A stretch of 53,808 nt of DNA, filler included, from Sphacelaria rigidula (taxonomy: Eukaryota), in NCBI GenBank assembly GCA_964200075.2. It is 4 parts of 4 records of this genome, joined end to end, with 100 filler letters (N's around TTAATTAATTAA, not from the genome) between each part and the next. Parts side by side here need not be neighbours in the genome. Positions count along the whole stretch, not along the records: positions 13,479 to 26,856 come from CAXNAA020002925.1; positions 26,957 to 40,332 come from CAXNAA020002926.1; 2 more parts are not named here. The stretch is one strand, 5' to 3'. A program made the translations under genes and the position numbers. The notes beneath the pieces are model-generated. The model ran no database searches. It was given only the letters and a program-made list of their open reading frames with translations, and was not told the DNA's origin. Below, piece by piece: positions 21,684-32,001 of the stretch (position 1 is its first letter; the number at the start of each line of letters is the position of its first letter).

Positions 21684-22730
21684 TCAACCTACGTCCTCAC
21701 TCCTAGTCCGAGTCAAGCTCAACAAACCTTCTGCTTCCATGCTTGATAAGACCGCCCCTATCATCAACGGATGAACGAAACTAGCCACAATATGTAGCAT
21801 AGCATCGGGGTTCACCGTTGGTGGAGTCTCGTAGTGGTCAAGGGTGGTCGCGACTCTGACGAAGTCGACTCTTTCCAACTCTACTGCTTTCTCCCATACC
21901 CCTGCGTTCGCCCTGTGGGGTGCAAATTCCTCGCGCCGAGGTTTCCCTCTCATCAGCCGAGAACGAGTTAACCTGGGCATCGGATCCTCGAAACTATGAA
22001 TAGCCTTGCCTTGCCCCCTCGGCTCCAAGAAATAGGTGCCAGTCCGCCCCAAGAGCTGGCCCAACGGGGGGCAGGTGACAGCATACGCTTCCACTTGCTG
22101 TCTCCATGCGCGCAGTGATTCTTCCACCTGCCGACCAGCCTTCAGAGCGACCACATAGATCCGTCGCTTCCTGTACGGGGCACCTACCTGCGCGGCTGAG
22201 ATAGATGCCTGCTCAACGCAGCAACCGGCTCTGTTCAGAAACGGAGCCACGCTTTCCGTCCAACCCGGAGAGTGTACCATCACACCCGTACTTTTCAAGA
22301 TCAGCGATGTCGTCGAAACTGAGGAGAGGAACGACTTGACCAATTCTCGAACACCATCTGCGGATTCCATCTCTCCCGCACTTTTATCAACGGAAGCAAC
22401 CCTACTCGTATCTCCTACCAGCACTTCTGGTTGCACCTCTTCCACCAGATTGTGGAAAAAAGGGCGCCCTGGAGTCGTACGTACCAGGTTGACTCTCTTC
22501 CCAATTTGGTTCATTCTGACACAATCCAGCGCCTTCCAATTTGCATCAGTAGCTGCCACCACCTGCAAGAACTTCTCCGCGGCAAGAATGCTTCCCCCGC
22601 CTCCACAATGGACAATCACAGCGGGGGGTCGTTGCTTAACCGGTCCTGTCACAGGGTTCTCTGAGTCAACCCCGTTCCTCGTTTCAGGTGGGTACAACGC
22701 GCTGACCTCCTCCAAAGCCAATGCCATCAC
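21684..22730 (-). pseudogene. C5 cytosine DNA methyltransferase-like domain within Pol (catalytic motifs degenerate)
   Basis: Motif I VHCGGGG (22593-22610); II/III VVAATDANWKALDCVRMN; motif IV position PEVLVGDT (no PC); motif VI position LILKSTG (no ENV); VIII AAQVGAPYRKRRIYVVA; IX ELERVDFVRV; X VASFVHPLMIGAV. Canonical order and spacing. Confidence 0.75.
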
Positions 22731-22757
22731 ATCCGCGGATTCCGTCGGATACTCAGC

Positions 22758-23243
22758 CTACAACTCCTTCAATAACATCCCGTCCAGTTTGGGTCCTTGC
22801 GGACCTCCTCCTCCGCCGGGTCCAGCTTCGGTATTATCGTCAGGGAATGACACGTCAATGTCACTTCCCCGGGGTTGGCTCCCTTGTAGCCGAGACAGGG
22901 CGTCCGGCAACTGGTGTTTGCGTCCAGCTCTCCACTTGAGGACCATATCATACTCCATCAATCTTAGCGCCCACCGGTGGAACTTAGTCGACAAGTTTTG
23001 ACTACGAAACAGCCAAGTCAACGCGCTGCAATCCGTGACCAGCGTTAACTTTCGCCCCCATAGGTACGATTTGAATCGTTCCACAGACCACAAAACAGCG
23101 ACTACTTCTCTCTCTGATGCTGATCTTTCTTCATCTACCCGCGACCATCTATGACTAGCGTACACGATGACCCATTCCCTCTCATCCGCCTCCTGGGACA
23201 GGGCGGCCCCTGCTGCGAACTCGGAAGCGTCTGAATGTAGCAC
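22758..23243 (-). pseudogene. pol: RNase H (element B)
   Basis: LHSDASEFAAGAAL, YASH, SASERE, LVTDCSAL, HRWALRL, HQLPDALSRL. Confidence 0.93.
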
Positions 23244-23250
23244 GAACCGT

Positions 23251-24330
23251 TCATTCCAATCCGGGTACGCCGATCGGATATGACATCAGAGTGCTCTTCA
23301 AGTCTAGGAATGCTTGTTGCTGCTGTTCCCCCCGCGGAATCTTCATCTTCCGCGCTCGCTTGGAAGCGAACCACGGGTCACGCAGCAAGTCTGTGAGCGG
23401 TGCTGCCATATTACTGTATCCCTTTATGTACCTCCTCAGATATCCAGTCATACCTAGGAACGATCTTAGCTCTTCTACCATCTGCGGCTCCCTCAACTGA
23501 GCGATAGCTTCAATCTTAGACTGGGAAGGTCGTATTCCCGACGCGTCGATCGTCATCCCTACGAAGTCCTGTTGCTGAGTGCACCATCGTGATTTCTGGA
23601 AATTCACAGTAAGGCCAGCCTTCAGCAGGCAATAGAGCACAACTCTCAACCCCGTTTTATGTGGCTGGCGAAAGTCGCACTAGGCCACAAGACATCATCC
23701 AACCAGTTCTTGACACCCCGCGTCGGCAACAACGCTTCAGATACTGCTCGGTGAAATGTCACGGGTAGTACCTTGAGTCCGAATCCACAACGTTAATATT
23801 GCCAAAAGTGCCCTCTCGCATCGCGAAAGGCGGTAAGGTGTCGGTCTTCTTTCGCCACTTCCAAGTGGAAAAACCCACTCGCTAGATCCACACTCGTAAA
23901 GTACTTGGATCCCGCTAGGCCACTATACATGGTCTGCATATCCCCCAAACCATCGCTATACGACTCGAAGAGTGCGTTTAATCCACGATAATCCTGATAC
24001 AACCGTAAACTACCGTCCTTCTTCCGCACCGTGAGACAAGCAGCTGCCCATGCGGACGTCGACGGCTCAATGATCCCCCGCTCCGCGAGTGTCTGGACCT
24101 CGTCTTGTATAGCAGTTTCTTGTTGCGGCGAGTATCGTCTAGTACCAGCAGCGAATGGCCGACACCGGGGATCTTTCAGTCGTAGATGCAATGGCTCCCC
24201 ACGCGCTGCTTTCACCCGCTTGGGGTCCACCGCGAACAGATCTGCTTCGTTGAAGTCTCTCAACACGGATATCAGCTGGGTCTTCTGCGCCGGACCCAAC
24301 TGGCCCATGTTCGCCTCCGTGAGATCTACT
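23251..24330 (-). pseudogene. pol: Reverse transcriptase (element B), WLDD active site
   Basis: RRYSP, IIEPSTSAWAA, KKDGSLRLYQDYRGLN, FTSVDLASGF, LTAF, VKNWLDDVL (WLDD at 23694-23705), LRSFLGMTGYLRRYI. Confidence 0.95.
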
Positions 24331-24581
24331 CCTGTGGCTTCAGTTGTGTCCTTCTCCACTTCCGCTGGTTCCGGCGGCGGCTGGGGAGGGGCTGGCGTAG
24401 TCCCTCGATCCTCCAGCCTCGACTTCAGCGTGGTGCCCGTGTCGGACACATGAAGATTTTGCAACTGCTCGCGATCTCGAAACATCACAGCCACAACCTT
24501 CGCCACTACCATACCTTTCTTCACTAGGCGAGCACTCTTGGTCGTGTTGACCACCTCACATACTAACGGCTACTTTGGGTC

Positions 24582-25410
24582 TCACCACTGCACTCCCCTG
24601 GCTACCCCTATCTCGGCTTCCTCATCTAAATCCAACAACTTTCGAGGTTCGATCAACACGAGTTGACGTTCCTGCGGTTGAGGACCTCGCACATAGCCTG
24701 GAACTAGCTTGCAAACGAAGCCTTCTAACCTTGCGTCCTCGGTCAGCTGCAGAAGCCACTGAAGTGTAGCTACGTCCTCCCACTCCGCTCCAAGGCTCTT
24801 CCACACCTCATCCCATGCTGCCAGATCGCTCTCTCCCGACAACACCCCCGTCGGATCGTCACTGAGCGCGCTTGGCTTGATAGCACAGAAGAGATTCCAC
24901 CTTGCTGAATCTCCTTGGACGGTGGGGTGATCGGTATCAACAGCTCCGAGGTTTGGTGAACCATTAGATACGAATCTTACCCACGGAGCATCCAGCGAAG
25001 GTCGAAATCCTGATCGACCTTCAAAAGACAGTGTACTCGTCTTCCTTCTAAAGAAACTTACCCCCAAAATAAATCCGTACGGCAATCCATCGACCACCCT
25101 AACCCATGCTTTCCTTATTCTGTCCTTTGAGTGGGACCGAATCAGGATTACCGTTGACCCTAGAATCTTCATCGGTGGCGTCCGGCTGTCACTAGGGTTT
25201 CCTGCCCTCAGAAATCCTGCTCCCTGTCGCTGCAGCTTGCCTGTTATATTACCCCAAGTCACCAACGACTTCCACAACTGCTTCGATGCATAGCTACCCC
25301 CCCCCCGCCCCGGTGTCCAGTAACACCGTTACTGGTAAACCGTGGCTACTTTTACTGTGGTGCCAAACTCTAGCTTGCACCCACAGTTGCTGTGCATCGC
25401 TACCTTTTAC
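24582..25410 (-). pseudogene. Aspartic protease and PR-RT spacer (element B)
   Basis: VTVLLDTGA with DTG at 25309-25317, a +1 frameshift in a G10 run, then ..VVDGLPYGFILGVSFF. Confidence 0.85.
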
Positions 25411-25586
25411 TGCTGATGAACTATCCACGTACACGCTGTCCCCCGGGGACTACGGCCCCAGGGTGCACCTTCATTCCTCGCTTGTGGCGTCGAAACGGTG
25501 CATCAACCGTCTCGACTCCCTCCTCCTCGTCGCCGCTTTTTGGTTTGTCCAGGCCGTAGTTGAACCCCCGATCTTCGTTCTGGCTG

Positions 25587-26663
25587 TCAATCAACCAACA
25601 ACAACTCCCCCAGCTGTACACTCATCAGCCTGTCCCTCTTCGTCTTGGGCTTTGCTTGTGTCTGCTCCGGTTGCTTGTAATGACCGAAGGGAATTCGATC
25701 TTGATCATGGGAGTAATTGCAGCCGCCCTCTACGCCCTTGCTGCTGCAGTCTCGTCCATATGCATGGTTGAAACACCCCCCCAGCAAACGTATGGCGACG
25801 TCGCGCTCCCCTTTGGGCGCATTGCGGGCAGGGAGGAACCCGGTCGCCGGTGCTTCTCCTCGTGTATCAAACTTGACACGCTTGGTGGGCTTGGTGGATT
25901 CTTCCCGCGGACGCTTTCGTGCTCCACGAGTAGATGAGGATGTCCCGAAAGGCGTGCCGCCTCGTGGTGTTGATGCCTTTTGGTTGCTGATGGCAGCAAC
26001 GGAGTCGAAGTCTTGTTCTTGGGTCTCTTCCTCTGCTTCTCGCATGAGTCGCTTCTTAACCTCTACCAACCCCGCGTATATGGGCTTGTGTGCGGCGCGT
26101 GTTAGGGCTGCAGTAGCGCTATTCATCGCCTCCGTAGACGTTCTAGAACACTCACAGTGGCGTTGGATGGCAGACACGAACTCACTATATATACGGTATG
26201 TTTCCCGACTTCGTTTCTTCATGTCGGGGCTGCACGGGTCTCCATGGTGAACGGGTAAGGAGCGGACGTCGTCCTCTAAAGCCTTGTTGGGAACTTGTAG
26301 TAGTGTATTCGATACTATCTGTGCAGTCGCGTCCGGGATTACCAACTTATGAAAAGTGCTACACATCTGTAAGACCAAAACTTCCGAGGCTGTCATCCAC
26401 AAGTATTCCTCCTCTGCGAGGTGTGGAGAGGCCAAAGAAACCGTGGCCGCCATAGTTAACAGTATCAGACGATGAGCTGCTGCTACGTCACTCTCATTCT
26501 TGAGTAGTTTCATGTTGTGCAGTGCAGTCTGTGCATGGCTTGCGCCCATCCTCGCTTTTTCTGCTACTAGCTTCCGGAGCCCCTCCAGAGCGGTTACGTC
26601 TCCAAACGGTACGCGTATGAAATTCCCTGTTACGCCAGGTATCGAGATCTGGTTTCCCTCCAA
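25587..26663 (-). CDS. gag: Gag-like ORF with a CCCH zinc finger (element B)
   Basis: 358-aa ORF between PBS and protease; C-x8-C-x8-C-x3-H (CFNHAYGRDCSSKGVEGGCNYSH) at 25707-25775. Confidence 0.75.
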   Translation of the reverse strand: MEGNQISIPGVTGNFIRVPFGDVTALEGLRKLVAEKARMGASHAQTALHNMKLLKNESDVAAAHRLILLTMAATVSLASPHLAEEEYLWMTASEVLVLQMCSTFHKLVIPDATAQIVSNTLLQVPNKALEDDVRSLPVHHGDPCSPDMKKRSRETYRIYSEFVSAIQRHCECSRTSTEAMNSATAALTRAAHKPIYAGLVEVKKRLMREAEEETQEQDFDSVAAISNQKASTPRGGTPFGTSSSTRGARKRPREESTKPTKRVKFDTRGEAPATGFLPARNAPKGERDVAIRLLGGCFNHAYGRDCSSKGVEGGCNYSHDQDRIPFGHYKQPEQTQAKPKTKRDRLMSVQLGELLLVD

Positions 26664-26815
26664 CTTGTCATCTCCGTATACGTCGCAGAAGTAGGCAGCA
26701 TTACCCGCATCAGAAGATTCCTGCGTCTATCTGTGTACTGATCCGCCTGTGGTTTCAGCGGCTTACTGGTCATGTGTGCATCAGTAGTGTGTGTGTTGTT
26801 GTTGTATTGTCGTCC

Positions 26816-26833
26816 CATCTATTCTGGGCGCCA
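26816..26833 (-). promoter_or_regulatory. Candidate primer-binding site of element B
   Basis: TGGCGCCCAGAATAGATG on the minus strand, ~150 nt upstream of gag; primer tRNA not determined. Confidence 0.5.
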
Positions 26834-26856
26834 GTCTACCCCTTTCGGCATATGTG

Positions 26857-26956
26857 NNNNNNNNNNNNNNNNNNNNNNNNNNNNNNNNNNNNNNNNNNNN
26901 TTAATTAATTAANNNNNNNNNNNNNNNNNNNNNNNNNNNNNNNNNNNNNNNNNNNN
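26857..26956. other. Artificial spacer N44-TTAATTAATTAA-N44
   Basis: Identical linker to 13379-13478. Confidence 0.97.
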
Positions 26957-29039
26957 CCCTCCCCCTCCTCGTGATTTGTCGATGACAAAGGCAAGCAACA
27001 AATTAGTACTCCCCCCCCCTCCCGTTGCTCCGTCTCGAAAGGGATGCGTGGTCAATGGTCAAACGACTTAGGCAAGTTTCTTGATTTCTGCTGGTGGTAA
27101 TGGTCCTGCTGCCATGATAGGCCTTTATCGTATCTAGGGCTGTGAGCTAGCGGCTCTGTTCAGTCAAGTTTAAACCGGTCAGGTCAGCGGCCAGCGAATA
27201 CGTTGTTTCTCAGTTATCAGCTTCGCCCATCAACTGGTGACCGGTTAACTGGAAAACCATCAACGGCTAGCAGCGAATCCGCGAGTGTCATGCCCCCCCC
27301 TGGCTGATGACGGTGCCCCAGGGGAGCGCCGCCAGAGGCAAAAACAAATGCGGCATTTGGTTTGTTTCTCATCAAAATTCTTCCCCGTGGTATCTGTGGT
27401 GGTGTCTGCAACCCTGTAAGGTAAAACATTTAGCACAACTTTGGGTAGATTGTAAGCTTTCTATTCATACCGGTCACGTGTTTTCAACAGATTCATGGTT
27501 ATCCGGCCGCAACTGGCGTCGGATAACACCCCTCTCTCGCTGAGATTGTTCAGGGATGAGGTTGGGTGCCTTTATTTTACTCCCCCGGGAAACGGGATGG
27601 GGGGAGAAGGGGGTTTTAAAGAAGTCGTATGTGTTGTATACTTCCTAACGACAACCCCGCGTGTTTGCGGGTATCGCTTTTCGTGTGCAAATGCCCATGT
27701 AACTAGCGTAGAACGTAGATAACACACTCATCGTGTCCGGAGAGGGGATAGTGCGATTTCATCCCCTGGTGGGAAAAAATGGGGGGCGAGGATGGATTCT
27801 GTGTCAACACATTATATCGATGTGTTCGTGCGTTCATATGCATCGCTATTCGTGTGTAACAGGGCAAAACGGTAGAGACCACCTGGGTGACAGTTGATTT
27901 TCGCGGGAGATGCGTACATTTAAACTTCCGATAAGTTTTCTTTTTGTATTTCATTATTTTCAAATTTCAAATTTCAAATAAAAAATCACGGTAAGAGCAC
28001 CCCCGGGGATGGCTATGTTCTTGTCCCCTGCGCTACCATGTACCCCCCGCCCAAATCCGACCTCACCAATGTTGTTTATACATTATTATGCGTCCTCTGC
28101 CAAAATCATGGGTACTTCGTGAGTTCGCTGACGTGTTGAGCTCGAGAATCTCAAAAACGTGACCTGAAATTACGTGGAACTGCTCCATACTAAATTATGT
28201 ATCAAATGTAGCCGGGAACGACAAACTTTTAAGAAACTAAACAAGTGGCGCCCTCGCCGCTAGTTCTAGTTCAACTCCTGCTCCAGTTTAAACGACAGTT
28301 TTAACTGCTCCAGTTTACAGCCCTACCTTTACTTTAGGGCGTGTCGTAGGCCTATATTATCGACACTGTTATTCTGGAGATCTCAGAATTTTTCGGACTG
28401 CTCAGATTCTGCGTTCGGAATTCTCCGAAAACGACGCGGCGGGATTTTTCTCCGATGCTTCATATTTGGGGAAGCCCGAAAAATTCGGGCTGCGACGCAG
28501 CACCTTGGAGAGCTGCCCTGGGTGTACGCCGTGGCGCTCGCAGACATTCTAGAGCCATCAAGAACCTTGCCAGTCCCGAAAATGTCGGAGATCTTCGAGA
28601 AGACGGTGTCGCTAGTAATGGATCTAGGGCGTGTCTATTAGCACATTTTTGTCGATAAACAAAAAATGCAGAAGAATGGTTAAAGCCAGCCAAGAGAATG
28701 AATGTAATGGACCAATCAAATGGAAAACTTTCTTCTTCCACCGCACTTTTTCGATCGAACAAAAATGTGCGAAGACACTCCCTTACCCGGTAAGACCTTA
28801 TCTATGACATTTTGTCACATTTCTATGTACGATATTCGCCTTTTCTGTCATGCAGAACTTTTGAATGTTGACATGTGACAATATGAATGTATCATGTGTC
28901 GCGCGAAATCGTCATGTTTTTTGTAGTCAAATGTCATTTTCTATGGTCGGGTACCGGCGTAGCCACCCAGTATACTGGACCCTACCAGTACACCGATCGC
29001 GGCTACCCTCTCCCCCCCGGCTGGGGGGGGGGCGTACTC

Positions 29040-29345
29040 ATTTGTTGATTTTCTTAGTCGTTCGACCATTGACCACACATCCCTTTCGAGATGGAGCACC
29101 GTTCCTACTCCTAATAGAGACACCTCCAACATTCAGGCGCTCATTACGTTTCTTCTATACATTGCACAAAATCCTTTTACATATCTTATCCCCGTCCTGT
29201 TTCGCCGTCTGTGGCCACCATATATCTCCTAGTATAACCATCGTTTTCTCCTTCCTGTCGAATGCACCAAACGATTTTATGCCACCTTCGTTCACGTCCC
29301 GCATTTCCCCCTCTAGCACGTCCCGTTCCTCCTTGTGGGAGGGGG
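29040..29345 (-). mobile_element. 3' remnant of a non-LTR retrotransposon (LINE)
   Basis: KEERDVLEGEMR..ILGDIWWPQTAKQDGDKI..NVGGVSIRSRNGAPSRKGCVVNG resembles, from recall, the ORF2 C-terminus of an abundant brown-algal LINE; not database-checked. Confidence 0.55.
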
Positions 29346-29969
29346 AGAGGACGCTGGACACGTATTTTTACGCGATCTGGCTTTACTGGATTAAAATATT
29401 TCATTGACGTAATAATGTCTTCGAACCATGTCTAGGGGCGTTGACTCGGAAAATGCAGGCTGATCCATGCTTTGTTATTACTATTTTCGCACATTAGTCC
29501 GACCTCGCAAAGTCGTGGTCACAGACGTGGGCTCGCCTTTCCAATGCCGTCCTTGCTATTCCTTACGAGACATATTACCAAAAATGAAAAAAATAGTACG
29601 AGAGACGCCACGGAAACATGTGAGAAGGAGCTCCCCCGAGTTCAACGGGGAGAAAAAAGAAAAGAAAGAATAGCAAACAAACAAGCGAGCAACATCAACG
29701 CCAAATCTGCCAAAAACGTAAACCGAAGGAAAGGAAGAGAGAAGATAATAAAAGACAAAACAAGAAAGGACAGATGACACAAGGAGATGAGCATGGCCAC
29801 CATGTTAGGGTTCGACTCAAAAAACAACCCCAGGCACCCTCATAGACGACTACCATAGCTGCTCGGAAAAAGGCGGCAGATATACCAGCGAGTGTGCTGC
29901 CCGATGGACTACAGGTTGCGTTTTGGAGGTCCTCGGTCGGCGCTGAGGGAACTCAGAGGTAGTACAGGA

Positions 29970-30190
29970 AAAATCTCCTTAGCTTTTTGTGCTGTGATCC
30001 AGCCTGCCATATACAAAATAGCCCCCTCCTCTACAACTCGAGACCATTCGGACACATCTTGGGCAACCTGCGTCCACAATGTCACGTTTATTCCCAAGTA
30101 TGAGCAGAAGTCCGTGATGCAATGTTGTAGGCGCCTTGCGGGTCGACCTGCCCTCGTATGTGCTTATCACCCAAAATTGTGTCAGCAGCT
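29970..30190 (-). mobile_element. 3' remnant of an RTE-like LINE
   Basis: GRPARRLQHC..GINVTLWTQVAQDVSEWSRVVEEGAILYMAGW fits the RTE C-terminal GRP..W..A.D...W motif. Confidence 0.65.
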
Positions 30191-30381
30191 AATGGCTTCC
30201 GCAGAACGTGCGCAATAGAGGCACATCTGGCTGTGATTTGTGCGTAGTGAGAATTCGGCACATGATACTCTCCTCGGCCTTCGTCAAGAGTCAATCTAGT
30301 AAGAACCGTGAGTCGTCTTACGTGTATGTTCTTCGCAAAAAGCAGTTGTACTCTCCTCTTTTGTTCTGAACGTTTTTTTTC

Positions 30382-30624
30382 GACACTTTCTACGATAGCC
30401 CCCCCAAGGTTTTGGGAGGCAAAACCTTCACGTAAACAGAAATGGAAAAAAGTTGAGCACAACGAGTAGCTGGGAACCCCCACGCTTGGGTTCGTTCTAG
30501 CCAATGTCGCCAATATGAGGCGCTTCATGCAGTCTGAACCCAAACATCAGGCGCTGTATGGCCTTTTTTTTCGTGGCACTTTTGGGCTGGGTTTTTTTTG
30601 GGGGGGGCTATCGTAGAAAGTGTC
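30382..30624. mobile_element. MITE, 243 bp, ~24-26-nt TIRs
   Basis: GACACTTTCTACGATAGCCCCCCC ... GGGGGGGCTATCGTAGAAAGTGTC; flanks TTTC/TTTA; second copy at 53657. Confidence 0.9.
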
Positions 30625-32001
30625 TTTACGTATCACAGGCTGATCGAATTTTGTCGTATTCCAGACCCTTGTCACCTTTCTCTAGTGGGTAAAGGTCTGT
30701 GGTGCTGCACGCCGAAGAAAAAACGCCTCCACACTCACAAGGTCAGCGACGATTGTTGTTCTAGTATGCAAAGCAATGCACGTAGAGTACTAATACCAAC
30801 ACAGCATCAGCTCTGAACATACCATCTGGTGCATTGACCAGGATAACGGTTCATATCCGTCTACGGAAATCGGTCGTCGTACGCACACTTGTCTGTTCCG
30901 CCCTCCGCACCGCCAAAACTCCGCCATGGGCATACAAGTGGACCTAGAGCGTGACTTGGCTATAATAGACGCTTGGTTCGCCACAACGGTCCCGTGGATT
31001 GTTGGTACATATGGTTGTCGCGAGTTGTACGTATTTGAGTTAACGCCAAGAGAACATGGCGACGCAGAAAACTCTGTTGTCTGACGTACACGGTGCAGGT
31101 CCCACGATATATTCACCGAAGGTAGTTCAGAAACAGGAGAGTATAGAAGCAGAACAGGGAGCCTGCGAGCGTCCACGGTGCCACCTACAAACGCATCGCA
31201 CATCACAAAACTACAGCCCCACTTTGTGCTGCCCACGTTCATTTCATGGCAGACTGCGGCGTTTACTTGTTCAAACTCCCGTCATTCATTCGGACTTACA
31301 CGGCTAACTGTAAGAGGATGGCGTCTGCGACACAATAGTTTCGAGTGAGCAATATACTTTCTTCAGGTTCTTCGGGCACCAAGAATCGTACCGGTGAACA
31401 TTTAAGGCCAACACTAAGATAGCGGTTCCCCTACGAATGTTTAACCTTTAAATCTTCACAAAATATGACGTGATCACTTTCCGTACTACCATACTCTGCA
31501 CTACGCGACACTGGTATCAACGATACCCGGGTGCCCTCCTGGTTGTGCCACAGAAGCTTCTTGTTCAACACTGTAAATCCAACGCGCTGTACTTTGTCCG
31601 TCTCACATCGCGAAGAGTGTGGCGCGATATGCACCATACCACAGCCTTTTGGTACGTACGGTAACACGAAGTCGAACAGATGTGACCGTTCGGTCAACAC
31701 GACACGTGTCAAAAGGCAGCGTTCAGCGCGCATGGGCTAGACGTTAGCTGTTTCTTCGACAAGTAGTGCACATTCAAGGTGAAATATTTATTTGTTTTCA
31801 CTCGATAACAAATGGAACGATATAGCAAGGACGTTGACCGGTCACTTCGGCGAGAACCCTGCATTCGGAATGAACAGACATGCAGAATTTCGTGCAGGTG
31901 AGATCCTCGCGAAGCTCTAACCTTGCCGGCTGCTTGTTTTAGTTCAGATGTGACAGTGACATTCCACGTCAACACAACTCTCGATTTGAATTATCTGGCA
32001 G

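Larger units (their letters stand above)
19021..26856 (-). mobile_element. Ty3/Gypsy LTR retrotransposon B carrying a C5-methyltransferase-like domain, decayed; 5' LTR cut off by the spacer
   Basis: On the minus strand: PBS-gag-PR-RT-RH-MTase-like-IN-chromo-like-Tudor-3'UTR-PPT-LTR. The left LTR boundary is uncertain. Confidence 0.93.

Noticed and set aside
1-26856. C-to-T derived stop codons as evidence of methylation or RIP-like mutation
   Set aside because: Stops arise preferentially from such transitions anyway; this cannot be tested without a family consensus.
29790-29830. tRNA or SINE head (GGTTCGACTC)
   Set aside because: No cloverleaf could be built.
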